64,000 nucleotides of DNA, from the NCBI GenBank assembly GCA_014382245.1, contig JACNKC010000057.1, positions 174 through 64,173 of the forward strand, given 5' to 3'. Positions 19,006 to 27,829 of the stretch are shown here, piece after piece. How positions within the stretch are numbered: the stretch's first letter is position 1; each line of letters opens with the position of its first letter. Made by a program: the position numbers and the translations under genes. The notes under the pieces were generated by a model. It saw only the letters and a list, made by a program, of their open reading frames with translations, did not search any database and was not told the origin of the DNA. This DNA comes from Pseudomonadota bacterium (GTDB taxonomy: Bacteria; Desulfobacterota; Binatia; UBA1149).

Positions 19006-20148
19006 TTGCCGCGGGGTACCTGGGTGGCTGATGATTACGAAGCGGTGATGGCGGCCGCGGTGGGCCCGCTGCTTGCCAGTCTTGACGGCTTCGAGCAGCT
19101 GCAGCGCCGGCTGCATCCGCCCGAGCTGCCCGCCCTGCGCGCAGCCATGAAACCGGTGGGACAGCGCCTGGCCTCGGGGCTTGACGGCATTGCGGCTGCC
19201 AGCCCGCCCGAGGCCTTGCGCGGCTTTAATGACCAGCTGTTGGCCGGTGGCCGATCGCTTGCCGAGGCCTTCGATCTTTTCTGCTCAGAGGCGGCGGCCG
19301 AGCAGGCCATCATGCAGGTGCTCGCGTCGATGGGTGCCTTCACCCGTTCGCTCGAACAACTCTACCCACTGCGCACCTTCCCGCCGCTCGGGCGATTCTT
19401 TGTCGAACAGGAGTTTCACGATCGCCTCGACGAGCTTGATCCCGAGTCGCGCGAGGGCGTGGCCACGGGGGTGCACCTGGGCGGTGACGCCAACGATCGC
19501 AAGGCCCGCGGTGGCTTCGCGCTCTACGTTCCCGAGTGGTGGGACGGCAGCGCCGAGATGCCGCTCGTGGTAGCCCTGCACGGAGGCTCGGGCGACGGGC
19601 GCGGTTTCATGTGGAGCTGGCTGAGAGAGGCCCGCGGCCGTGGGTTTTTTCTGCTCGCCCCCACCGCCCAGGGCTCGACCTGGTCGATGATGGGCGAAGA
19701 CATCGACGGCCCGGCCCTGCGGGCCATGGTAGAGCTGGTCGCCGAGCGCTGGCCGGTAAAGCGCTCGAGTATCCTGCTCACCGGCCTGTCCGACGGTGCG
19801 ACTTACTCGCTGCTCACCGGCCTTGCCGAAGACTCACCCTTTACCGCGTTTGCTCCGATGTCGGGGGTACTGCACCCCGGAAATCTCGAGCGAGGCAACA
19901 TGCAGCGCGCCGCGGGCAGGCGTATTTATCTCGTGCATGGCGCCTTGGACTGGATGTTCCCGGTGGAAACAGCGCGCTGGGCGGCCGGGCAGCTGGGCGA
20001 TGCCGGCGCCGAGCTGGTGTACCGCGAAATAGAGGACCTGTCGCATACCTATGCCCGCGACGAAAACGACCGTATACTGGATTGGTTCGATGCTTCGCTG
20101 GCCCTGCCCGGCGACGGCGAGAAGAACAAGGGAGGAAACGAAACATGA
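19006..20148 (+). CDS. alpha/beta hydrolase, phospholipase/carboxylesterase or PHB-depolymerase-type esterase
   Basis: PLVVALHGGSGDGRGF and LTGLSDGATYS (GxSxG-like) motifs. Start codon uncertain (TTG 19006, GTG 19024 or ATG 19048). Confidence 0.65.
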   Translation: MPRGTWVADDYEAVMAAAVGPLLASLDGFEQLQRRLHPPELPALRAAMKPVGQRLASGLDGIAAASPPEALRGFNDQLLAGGRSLAEAFDLFCSEAAAEQAIMQVLASMGAFTRSLEQLYPLRTFPPLGRFFVEQEFHDRLDELDPESREGVATGVHLGGDANDRKARGGFALYVPEWWDGSAEMPLVVALHGGSGDGRGFMWSWLREARGRGFFLLAPTAQGSTWSMMGEDIDGPALRAMVELVAERWPVKRSSILLTGLSDGATYSLLTGLAEDSPFTAFAPMSGVLHPGNLERGNMQRAAGRRIYLVHGALDWMFPVETARWAAGQLGDAGAELVYREIEDLSHTYARDENDRILDWFDASLALPGDGEKNKGGNET

Positions 20149-20534
20149 CTATCGATCTATGGATGCTGGTTTACTGTTGTACCCTGGCGCTGCTTAGCCC
20201 CGCGTTGTACCTGGTCGGACGTTTCGGAGCGGCCGGTGGCATGGAGTGGCTGCTGGGCAACCGCGACAGCTCGCTCGGTGTGCCAGCGTGGACCGACCGT
20301 GCCGTGCGTGCCCACTACAACCTCATCGAGAGCCTGGTACCGTTTGCCGCTCTCGTGCTGGTGGCCCACACGGCGGGCCTGGCCAACGAGACCACGGCCC
20401 TGGGCGCCACGGTGTTTTTCTGGGCCCGCGTTCTTTACGTGCCAGTGTATACGGCCGGCCTTCGGCCCTGGCGCACGCTGGTCTGGTTCGTGGGCCTGGG
20501 CGGGCAGATCATGATACTGGGCGAGTTGCTCTGA
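20145..20534 (+). CDS. MAPEG-family membrane protein (glutathione-transferase-like)
   Basis: 129-aa, 4-TM protein MTIDLWMLVYCCTLALL...RAVRAHYNLIESLVPFA typical of bacterial MAPEG. GGAGGAAAC RBS. ATGA overlap with the esterase stop. Confidence 0.6.
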   Translation: MTIDLWMLVYCCTLALLSPALYLVGRFGAAGGMEWLLGNRDSSLGVPAWTDRAVRAHYNLIESLVPFAALVLVAHTAGLANETTALGATVFFWARVLYVPVYTAGLRPWRTLVWFVGLGGQIMILGELL

Positions 20535-20544
20535 AGCGTAGCGA

Positions 20545-20922
20545 TCAGTCGCGCCAGGCCAGCAGTTGCAGCATGGATCTGCCAGTGACGCGCAGGGTGC
20601 CGAAGACATAAACCAGGCCGATCATGCCGTCGAAGACCACCAGCCCGTAGAGCTCCTCGCCCGCCAATCCAGCGGGTACCGCGTAAAGGACCGCGGCGGC
20701 GGCCGACAGTCTGACCAGGCCTTGCCAGACGATGACCGGCGCGCGTCCAGCTATGTCTTTTGACGCCCACACCAGGCATGCCGCAGCCATCATCAAGAAC
20801 ATGCCCAGTGTCAACAGCGGTACGAAGTGCTGGGGCACCGGGTCGGAGACTGCCCCGTACCAGGTACCCAGCCCCACCAGGTAGTCCAGGGCACCGGTGA
20901 TAAGAACAAATTTCTGCAACAT
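20545..20922 (-). CDS. hypothetical small integral membrane protein
   Basis: 125 aa with about four hydrophobic helices. Convergent with the MAPEG gene. Confidence 0.45.
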   Translation of the reverse strand: MLQKFVLITGALDYLVGLGTWYGAVSDPVPQHFVPLLTLGMFLMMAAACLVWASKDIAGRAPVIVWQGLVRLSAAAAVLYAVPAGLAGEELYGLVVFDGMIGLVYVFGTLRVTGRSMLQLLAWRD

Positions 20923-20981
20923 GCTTGTCTCTCCTTTATTTCGGTTCGTGGTCCTTTCCGCCCCTTGCCTCGCGCAGGGGA

Positions 20982-22244
20982 TCAGTCCTCACCCGCGGCC
21001 TCGGCGTCAAATTCAATGTACATCTCTTTTACGCCCGAGATGAAATTGGACACCAGCTGACGGTGCTCGCCCAGCAGGCGGGGGTTGCGCAGGCGCGGTA
21101 TCATTTCTTCGAACATAACGGTCAGCTCCTTGCGCGCCAGGTGTGAGCCCAGGCAGAAGTGCTGGCCTATGCCGAAGGTGCGGTGCTCGCTTTTGAGCTC
21201 GGGCATACGCTGCGCGCGGGTCACGTCGAAGGCTTCCGAATCGGGTCCGAACACCGACTGCTCGTGGTTGGCCGAAGGGTAATACATGCGCAGGATGTCG
21301 CCTTTTTTTACCTGCTTGTCGCCCACGGTGACGTCGCGGGTGGCGGTGCGCTGCATGTAGTTGAAGGACGGATGATAGCGCAGGATTTCTTCTACCGCGC
21401 CTGGTATCAGCGAGGGGTCGTCTACCAGCAGTTGCAGTTGCTCGGGGTGCTCGATGAGCAGGCGCATGCCCTGGCTGGTGGCCGTTCTCGTGGTCTCGAT
21501 TCCGCCGGCGATCAGTATCAGGAAGAAGGCGCAAAACTCGAATTCGTCGAGGGCCTCGCCTTCGACCACGCCGTTGAGCAGGGCGTCGAGCACGGTGCCC
21601 TCCCTGGGATTGGTCTTGTGCTCGGCGGCCAGGCCCATGGCGATTTCGAACAGGCGCGCTGCAGCCAACTGGCCGTCTTCCGAGCTCACGTTGAGCTCGG
21701 GGTCGTCCATGCCGATCATCACGTCCACCAGGTCCGAGAATTCCTTGCGTTTTTCTGAGGGCATTTCCATGAGTGCGCAGATGACGAACAAGGGCATCTC
21801 GGCAGCCACCTCCGAGGCGAACTCGCAGCGTCCCCTCGCCGCGATCTTGTCGATGATCTCGCGGGCGCGTTCTCGCATCATGGGCTCGAGCGCATCGACA
21901 GCGCGCAAGGTGAAGGCGTTGCGTACAACCTTGCGGTACTGGTTGTGGTCGGGGGGATCCATGTTGATGATCAGCCGCCGCATGATTTCCTGCTCTGCCG
22001 GGTCGTCGCCGGCGGGATGCGGGTGCGCCATGTTTATCGACGACGAGAACAGGCCGGGGTTCTTGGAGACAAAATCTATCTCCTCTCGCCTGGTGAGCGC
22101 CCAGAACTCGCCCGAGTGCTCGGTCGCATCCTGCCTTGAGACCGGGCACTGGCTCCTGAGCGTGGCCAGGTCTTCAAACGGTATGCCGTGGCTCATGCGC
22201 TCGGGGTCCATGAGGTTGAACTGGTAGGGGCATTCGTCGTTCAT
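20982..22244 (-). CDS. cytochrome P450
   Basis: Heme-binding loop FGIGQHFCLGSHLARKEL (FxxGxxxCxG). ExxR motif (EILRYHP). Confidence 0.9.
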   Translation of the reverse strand: MNDECPYQFNLMDPERMSHGIPFEDLATLRSQCPVSRQDATEHSGEFWALTRREEIDFVSKNPGLFSSSINMAHPHPAGDDPAEQEIMRRLIINMDPPDHNQYRKVVRNAFTLRAVDALEPMMRERAREIIDKIAARGRCEFASEVAAEMPLFVICALMEMPSEKRKEFSDLVDVMIGMDDPELNVSSEDGQLAAARLFEIAMGLAAEHKTNPREGTVLDALLNGVVEGEALDEFEFCAFFLILIAGGIETTRTATSQGMRLLIEHPEQLQLLVDDPSLIPGAVEEILRYHPSFNYMQRTATRDVTVGDKQVKKGDILRMYYPSANHEQSVFGPDSEAFDVTRAQRMPELKSEHRTFGIGQHFCLGSHLARKELTVMFEEMIPRLRNPRLLGEHRQLVSNFISGVKEMYIEFDAEAAGED

Positions 22245-22324
22245 GTTATCTCCAGGGGGGTATCAGACGCCTCCCCCTTTTAGCGGGGCGGGGTTGGCTT
22301 GGCCAGCCCCGCGGTGCAGGGTGG

Positions 22325-23569
22325 TTGGCCATGGCTGACCTGCTTTTCACCAACGCGACCGTGCTCGACCTGGTCGCGGGCGAGCCGCGGCCAGGAATGA
22401 CCGTGCGCTGCGAGGGCGAACGCATAGTCGAGCTGACTGAGAGGGGCGCCCGGGCTGCCGGCGGCGACCTGCGCAGTATCGACTGCCGCGGTCGCACGCT
22501 GATGCCCGGTCTCATCGACGCCCACGTGCACGCGTCCATCACCACGCTCGACCTTTCCTCCATGCAGAACAAGCCGGCCACCCTGGTGGCTCACGAGGCC
22601 GCTGCGGTGTTGGGCGGTATGCTTGACCGTGGTTTTACCACCGTGCGCGACGCCGGCGGCAGCGACTGGGGCCTGGCCCAGGCCGTGGACAAGGGGCTGG
22701 TAAGGGGCCCGAGGATTTTTTACTCGGGCAGGGTGCTCAGCCAGACCGGCGGCCATGGCGATTTCCGTCCACGCACCGATGACGTGCCCGTCTGCGCGTG
22801 CAGCATTTATTCCGGCGGTTTTTCGCACGTGGCAGATGGCGTAACGGCGGTGAGAAAAGCGGCGCGCGAGGAGCTGCGGCGTGGCGCTACGCAGGTCAAG
22901 ATCATGGCCTCTGGCGGTGTGGCTTCGCCTACCGACCCGGTGTGGAACGTCCAGTACTCGCCCGAGGAAATGCGCGCCATAGTCGAGGAGGCCCGGGGCT
23001 GGCGCACTTATGCCATGGCCCACGCCTACACGCCCGAGGCTGTGACCCGGGCCGTTCAAGCCGGCGTGCGCACCATTGAGCACGGCAACCTGATAGACGC
23101 TGACACGGCGAGGTTGATGGCCGAACACGGTGCCTTCCTGGTTCCCACGCTGGTCATCTACCACGCGGCTGCCGAGACGGGTAGGCAGTTCGGTTTTCCC
23201 GAGACGAGTATGCGTAAGCTCGACGACGTGCTGCAAGCCGGTACGCGTTCATTGGAGCTCGCCCGCGAAGCTGGTGTAGAGATGGGCTTTGGCACCGACC
23301 TGCTGGGCGAAGTACACGACCAGCAGCTGCGCGAGTTCAGCTTGCGCGCCGAGGTGCTGCCGCCGATCGAAGTGCTGAGGTCGGCCACCACGGTGAACGC
23401 CCGTATACTCGACCGCGAGGGCGAGCTGGGAGTAGTGGCCGAGGGGGCGCTGGCTGACTTGCTGCTGGTGGACGGCAACCCGCTCGATGACCTGTCGTTG
23501 TTCGCCGACCCGTCCCGCGTACCGCTGGTAGTAAAGGCAGGGCAGGTGGCCGTGGAGAGGGACGCCTGA
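22325..23569 (+). CDS. amidohydrolase family metal-dependent hydrolase
   Basis: LMPGLIDAHVHA metal-binding motif and the rest of the TIM-barrel amidohydrolase signature. Divergent from the P450 gene. Confidence 0.8.
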   Translation: MAMADLLFTNATVLDLVAGEPRPGMTVRCEGERIVELTERGARAAGGDLRSIDCRGRTLMPGLIDAHVHASITTLDLSSMQNKPATLVAHEAAAVLGGMLDRGFTTVRDAGGSDWGLAQAVDKGLVRGPRIFYSGRVLSQTGGHGDFRPRTDDVPVCACSIYSGGFSHVADGVTAVRKAAREELRRGATQVKIMASGGVASPTDPVWNVQYSPEEMRAIVEEARGWRTYAMAHAYTPEAVTRAVQAGVRTIEHGNLIDADTARLMAEHGAFLVPTLVIYHAAAETGRQFGFPETSMRKLDDVLQAGTRSLELAREAGVEMGFGTDLLGEVHDQQLREFSLRAEVLPPIEVLRSATTVNARILDREGELGVVAEGALADLLLVDGNPLDDLSLFADPSRVPLVVKAGQVAVERDA

Positions 23570-24669
23570 TGGGCACCGCGCCGAGGGGCTGCCGGCTGAC
23601 GACGGAAGGCGGTCTACCACTGCTGGTCGAGCCCGAACTGCCGGGGGCTGGCGAATTGGGCAAAAGCGAAGCCGCCGGTGGCGGCGTAGCTACGGCCGTG
23701 GGTCTGGCCGCTTGGCTCAGCGAGAACAGCGACTGGGTGCAGGCGCGCCTGCTGGAGCACGGCGCGCTGTTATTCCGTGGCTTTCGGGTTACCGCCGCAC
23801 CCGACTTTGAGTCCGTGGCGCGCGCGTTAGAGCCCGAACTTGGCACCGAGTATCTCGGCACTTCGCCACGCGAGCCGCTTCAGGGTAGCCGCTACGTGTT
23901 TTCGGCAAGTGAGCTGCCCTCGCATTATCCCATCGCCCAGCACGCCGAGATGAGCTTCGTGGCCAGGCCACCGCGACGCTTGTTTTTTTGTTGCTTCCAG
24001 GAGCCCGCCGATGGCAGTGGTGAAACCCCGGTCACGGATTTGCGCAGGGTCTGGAGTGAGCTCGACGCTGATCTCAAGCGGCGGCTGCTGGCCGGCGGCC
24101 TGCGCATAGTGCGCAACTACTGCGGCCCGGCGGCGAAATCGCGCAGCCCGTTCCAACTCAAGGGCTGGCACGAGATGTTTGGCACCACCGATCGAGGGGC
24201 GGTGGAGACAAAGTGCCGCCTGGAGGGCTTCGAAGTGAGCTGGCTCGAGGGCGACGCGCTGCGCCTGGTCCACACCCAGTCGCTTGTGCGCGACCATTCC
24301 GACACCGGCGAAACCGCGTGGCACAATCACCTGCAGGTCTTTCATCTATCCTCGGCCGCCGGTGAATACCGACGTATTTTCGCCTTGCGACCCACGTTGC
24401 GTAACTTTGCGGTCTGGCAGTTGGCGCGTTTGCTTACCTTGCTGCAGCGCCTGACACGCAGCAGTGAAGAGCAGGCTATGCACTGCACACGTCTCGATGG
24501 TGGTGAGATTGCGACCGCCGACGTGGAGGCGGTGCGCGACGCCATCTGGCGCAACATGGTGGTGACGCCGTGGCGACTTGGCGACGTCCTGGTGATCGAC
24601 AACCAGTCTACGGCGCACGGTAGGTTGCCTTACCGAGGCCGTCGCGAAATCGCCGTGGCCTGGGCTTGA
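23569..24669 (+). CDS. TauD/TfdA-family (SyrP-like, clavaminate-synthase-fold) dioxygenase
   Basis: WVQARLLEHGALLFRGF...HYPIAQHAEMSF pattern resembling SyrP/TauD-family proteins. TGATG overlap with the upstream amidohydrolase gene. Confidence 0.55.
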   Translation: MGTAPRGCRLTTEGGLPLLVEPELPGAGELGKSEAAGGGVATAVGLAAWLSENSDWVQARLLEHGALLFRGFRVTAAPDFESVARALEPELGTEYLGTSPREPLQGSRYVFSASELPSHYPIAQHAEMSFVARPPRRLFFCCFQEPADGSGETPVTDLRRVWSELDADLKRRLLAGGLRIVRNYCGPAAKSRSPFQLKGWHEMFGTTDRGAVETKCRLEGFEVSWLEGDALRLVHTQSLVRDHSDTGETAWHNHLQVFHLSSAAGEYRRIFALRPTLRNFAVWQLARLLTLLQRLTRSSEEQAMHCTRLDGGEIATADVEAVRDAIWRNMVVTPWRLGDVLVIDNQSTAHGRLPYRGRREIAVAWA

Positions 24670-24675
24670 CAGCAG

Positions 24676-25872
24676 TCAGGCGCCCTGGGCCGGCAGGGGC
24701 GTGTAACCGGCCTCGCGTATCGCTTCGCGGACCGTTTGCTCGTTGACATCACCCCATACGCTGGCACCGCCCGGCTCGAGCACGACGACCGCCGATTTGA
24801 CGCCCGGTGTCGCCAGCAGCGCTGTCTCCAGCCGCGTGCGGCAGTTGTTGCAGGTCATGCCTTCGACGGCCAGCTCGAGGTCGGCCGTCCTGCGCGAGGT
24901 CATGGCCCGGGTAAGCGCCGTGCGCAGTTCGCCCAGGGCAAAGCACGCGAGCGTGGCCGTGAGCAACAACGCTGAGCCCAGCTCCCACCAGGCCGGTCCG
25001 TTGCCGTGGTGGGGCAAGGCGCCGGTTCCCACGGGAAGCAGCGAGTCGAACAGCAGGCCGGCTGCAATGGATCCGACAACGATGGTACTCAGGTACACGC
25101 CCAGCGTGCGCCCACCCAGTGCGCGGTAGACGGCACCGATGGTGGCCACGTTGGTAGCCGGGCCAGCCATGAGAAACACCAGCGCGCTACCGGCCGGCAG
25201 GCCACCGGCAACCAGGGCCGCGGCTATGGGCACCGAGCCGGTCGCGCACACGTACAGCGGAACCGACACGGCCAGCACCGCCAGCATAGAGGCCATGCTG
25301 CCCAGCCCGGCCAGTGAGCCCGGCGGTACCCAGGTCGAGATTGCGGCCGACGCCAGCACGCCCACCGCGATCCAGCGCCATATGGTGCGAAGGATACTGA
25401 TCGAGTGTGACGCCATTCCCCGCAGGCTGCGCTCGACCTGTTCGTCGGGCGACTGTTGTTCGTCGCCTTGTACGGCTCCCGGCGAAACCGAGCCCGCCAG
25501 GTAACCGCCGGCTATGCCCGTGACCGCGGCCGCCGCTATTTTGAACAGGGCAAAGGGCCAGCCGAGGAACGACGCGCTCACCAGGGCCGAGTCAACACCG
25601 GTCTGCGGCGTGCTTATCAGGAATCCAACCGTGGCACCGCGATCGGCGCCGTCGCGACGTAAGCCCAGCGCGGCGGGGATGACCCCGCAGGAACAAAGCG
25701 GCAGCGGCACGCCCAGCGCGACGGCCTTGAGAACGCCCAGCCGCCCGCCCAGCTCGCGGTGTACGAAGCCGGCCGGGAGCGCGACGTGCAGCAGGCCGGC
25801 CACGACGGCGCCCAGCAGCAGCCAGGGTGCCAGCGAGAGCATCACGCCCCAGGCCTCGACCAGGAAAACCAT
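24676..25872 (-). CDS. DUF318-type permease fused to a C-terminal heavy-metal-associated (HMA) domain
   Basis: PLCSCGVIPAALG motif characteristic of DUF318 permeases. C-terminal GMTCNNCRTRLE...VKSAVVVLE HMA fold with a CxxC metal site. TGATG coupling to the upstream repressor gene. Confidence 0.7.
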   Translation of the reverse strand: MVFLVEAWGVMLSLAPWLLLGAVVAGLLHVALPAGFVHRELGGRLGVLKAVALGVPLPLCSCGVIPAALGLRRDGADRGATVGFLISTPQTGVDSALVSASFLGWPFALFKIAAAAVTGIAGGYLAGSVSPGAVQGDEQQSPDEQVERSLRGMASHSISILRTIWRWIAVGVLASAAISTWVPPGSLAGLGSMASMLAVLAVSVPLYVCATGSVPIAAALVAGGLPAGSALVFLMAGPATNVATIGAVYRALGGRTLGVYLSTIVVGSIAAGLLFDSLLPVGTGALPHHGNGPAWWELGSALLLTATLACFALGELRTALTRAMTSRRTADLELAVEGMTCNNCRTRLETALLATPGVKSAVVVLEPGGASVWGDVNEQTVREAIREAGYTPLPAQGA

Positions 25873-26159
25873 CAGCGCGCCCCTATGCGGCTGTAGCGCG
25901 AAAACACTTCCATCAGCTCGTCGACCTTGGCCGCGCGGTCGTCGGAACTGCCGCTTTCAAACGCGTGGCTGACGCAGGTCTCGATGTGGTTCGACAGTAT
26001 CATCTCGCCTGCGCGCCCGAGCGCGCCCTGGGCGGCCGCGACCTGGGTGAGCACGTCCACGCAGTAGGTGTCCTGCTCCACCATGCGCCGCAGGGCCGCC
26101 ACCTGCCCCTCGGCCCGGTTGAGCCGGGTCAGAACCTTCTTACGGGTCTCATCGTCCAT
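25872..26159 (-). CDS. CsoR/RcnR/FrmR-family metal-sensing transcriptional repressor (CsoR-like C-H-C fingerprint)
   Basis: DUF156-type helical protein. Putative sensing residues C33, H58 and C62 (95-aa numbering) match the x-C-H-C Cu(I)-CsoR pattern. I prefer the ATG at 26159 so that the operator palindrome is upstream; the ORF track starts at 26222. Confidence 0.7.
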   Translation of the reverse strand: MDDETRKKVLTRLNRAEGQVAALRRMVEQDTYCVDVLTQVAAAQGALGRAGEMILSNHIETCVSHAFESGSSDDRAAKVDELMEVFSRYSRIGAR

Positions 26160-26166
26160 GCCGTGA

Positions 26167-26187
26167 ATATACCCCCAGGGGGTATAT
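26167..26187. promoter_or_regulatory. perfect inverted repeat ATATACCCCC-A-GGGGGTATAT, candidate CsoR-family operator
   Basis: 10-1-10 perfect palindrome with a G/C tract flanked by AT-rich arms. Lies 8 nt upstream of the repressor start codon, in the divergent intergenic region. Confidence 0.7.
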
Positions 26188-26251
26188 AGGTCAAGGGCTT
26201 GTTTCAGTGCTCGCATTGGCACGTGTCTCCCCTTTAGGTAACTAAGACCCC

Positions 26252-27829
26252 GTGGGCTGGGACAAGGAAACCGAGGGGATACGCGCGCGCCGCGAGGCCG
26301 CGCTGGCCATGGGTGGCGCCGAGGCCGTTGACCGTCAGCACGGCAAGGGCCGCCTGACGGTGCGCGAGCGTATTGACGTGCTGGTCGACGAGGGGAGCTT
26401 TGCCGAGCAGGGCCCGATGGCCGGTCACTCCGAGATCGACGACGAGGGACGCCTGGTCGAATTCACGCCGGGCAACTACGTGCTGGGCATGGCGCGCCTG
26501 GACGGTCGGCCCTGCGTGGTAGGGGGTGAGGATTTCACGCTCAAGGGCGGATCGCCCACGCCGGCCGGCCTGCGCAAGAGCGTCTACGCCGAGCAACTGG
26601 CCGTGCAGTACCGGGTGCCCCTGGTGCGCCTGCTCGAGGGTGGCGGCGGCAGCGTGGCCGGAACACGTGGCGGCAAGAACGCGGGCAAGGGTGGCGGCGG
26701 AGCCCACGCCGGCGATCCGGTTTACGTTACGCCCAGGTTCATGTCCTTTGCCGAGGCCATGGCGGCGGTGCCCGTGGTGTCGGTGGCACTGGGGCCGGTG
26801 GCGGGTTTCCCGGCTGCGCGCCTGGTGTCATCTCATTTCTCGATAATGGTGCGCGACACCTCGCAGGTGCTCATCGCCGGGCCGGCCGTCGTGGAGCGCG
26901 CGCTGGGCGAGAAGAAAACCAAGGAAGAACTCGGCGGCGCGGCCGTGCACATGCACAGCGGCGTGGTGGACAACCGGGCCGACGACGAAGCGGGTGCGCT
27001 GGCGCAGGTAAGGCGCTTTCTTTCCTACCTGCCCACCAACGTCTGGGAGCCGGCGCCCCGGGTGGCCCGCGACGACGATCCCGCCCGCGCCGAAAGCGAA
27101 CTCAACTCGATCATCCCGCGCGACCGTCGCAAGGCCTTCGACATCAGGCGGGTGTTGGAACTGGTATTTGACGCGGGCAGTTTCTTCGAGATGTCGGCCG
27201 GCTACGGGCCTTCGCAGGTCACCGGCCTGGCGCGGCTGGACGGACAGGCGGTGGGCGTGTGGGCCAACGACTGCCGCTTCTGGGCCGGCGCGATGGACGC
27301 CGACGGGGCGCAGAAGGCCAGGCGTTTCATTGACCTCTGTGACAGCTTTCACCTGCCTATTATCAGCCTGGTCGACGAACCCGGTTTCATGATTGGTACC
27401 GGGTCAGAGGCGGCCGGCACCATACGCTACGGCGCGCAGACCATATTTGCGGCCAACCAGTCATCGGTACCCTGGGCGGCGGTTCACCTGCGCAAGGCCT
27501 TCGGCGTGGCGGCCGCGGCCCATTTCGGCCCGGAGTCGTACGTGCTGACGTGGCCCTCGGCCGAAAGCGGTGCGCTGCCCGTCGAGGGTGGCGTGGCGGT
27601 GGCCTTCGGACGCGAGATAGCCGCCGCTGATGATCCCGACGCCCTTCGCAGCGAGCTGGAGGAACAGTTCGCCGCCTCGCGCACGCCGTTTCCCCGCGCC
27701 GAGTCTTTCGGAGTACACGATCTCATCGAGCCCGCCGAAACCCGCAGTCGCCTGTGCCGCTGGGTGGAGTGGATACAGCCACGCCTGGCCACGCTGGTGG
27801 GGCCCACCAGCCATTCGGTTCGACCCTAG
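26252..27829 (+). CDS. acyl-CoA carboxylase carboxyltransferase subunit (propionyl-CoA carboxylase beta chain-like)
   Basis: N-terminus EAALAMGGAEAVDRQHGKGRLTVRERIDVLVD typical of PccB/AccD5. Two carboxyltransferase domains. GTG start. Confidence 0.85.
   Translation: MGWDKETEGIRARREAALAMGGAEAVDRQHGKGRLTVRERIDVLVDEGSFAEQGPMAGHSEIDDEGRLVEFTPGNYVLGMARLDGRPCVVGGEDFTLKGGSPTPAGLRKSVYAEQLAVQYRVPLVRLLEGGGGSVAGTRGGKNAGKGGGGAHAGDPVYVTPRFMSFAEAMAAVPVVSVALGPVAGFPAARLVSSHFSIMVRDTSQVLIAGPAVVERALGEKKTKEELGGAAVHMHSGVVDNRADDEAGALAQVRRFLSYLPTNVWEPAPRVARDDDPARAESELNSIIPRDRRKAFDIRRVLELVFDAGSFFEMSAGYGPSQVTGLARLDGQAVGVWANDCRFWAGAMDADGAQKARRFIDLCDSFHLPIISLVDEPGFMIGTGSEAAGTIRYGAQTIFAANQSSVPWAAVHLRKAFGVAAAAHFGPESYVLTWPSAESGALPVEGGVAVAFGREIAAADDPDALRSELEEQFAASRTPFPRAESFGVHDLIEPAETRSRLCRWVEWIQPRLATLVGPTSHSVRP

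Noticed and set aside
21013-22149. 378-aa minus-strand ORF overlapping the cytochrome P450 gene in another frame
   Set aside because: Extremely Arg/Pro/His-rich, with no motifs. The P450 frame contains the FxxGxxxCxG haem loop.
26160-26222. Longer 116-aa start model for the CsoR-like repressor
   Set aside because: It would place the perfect 21-bp palindrome inside the coding sequence. The 95-aa model fits the family length and puts the palindrome upstream as an operator. I kept this as a lower-probability alternative rather than discarding it entirely.
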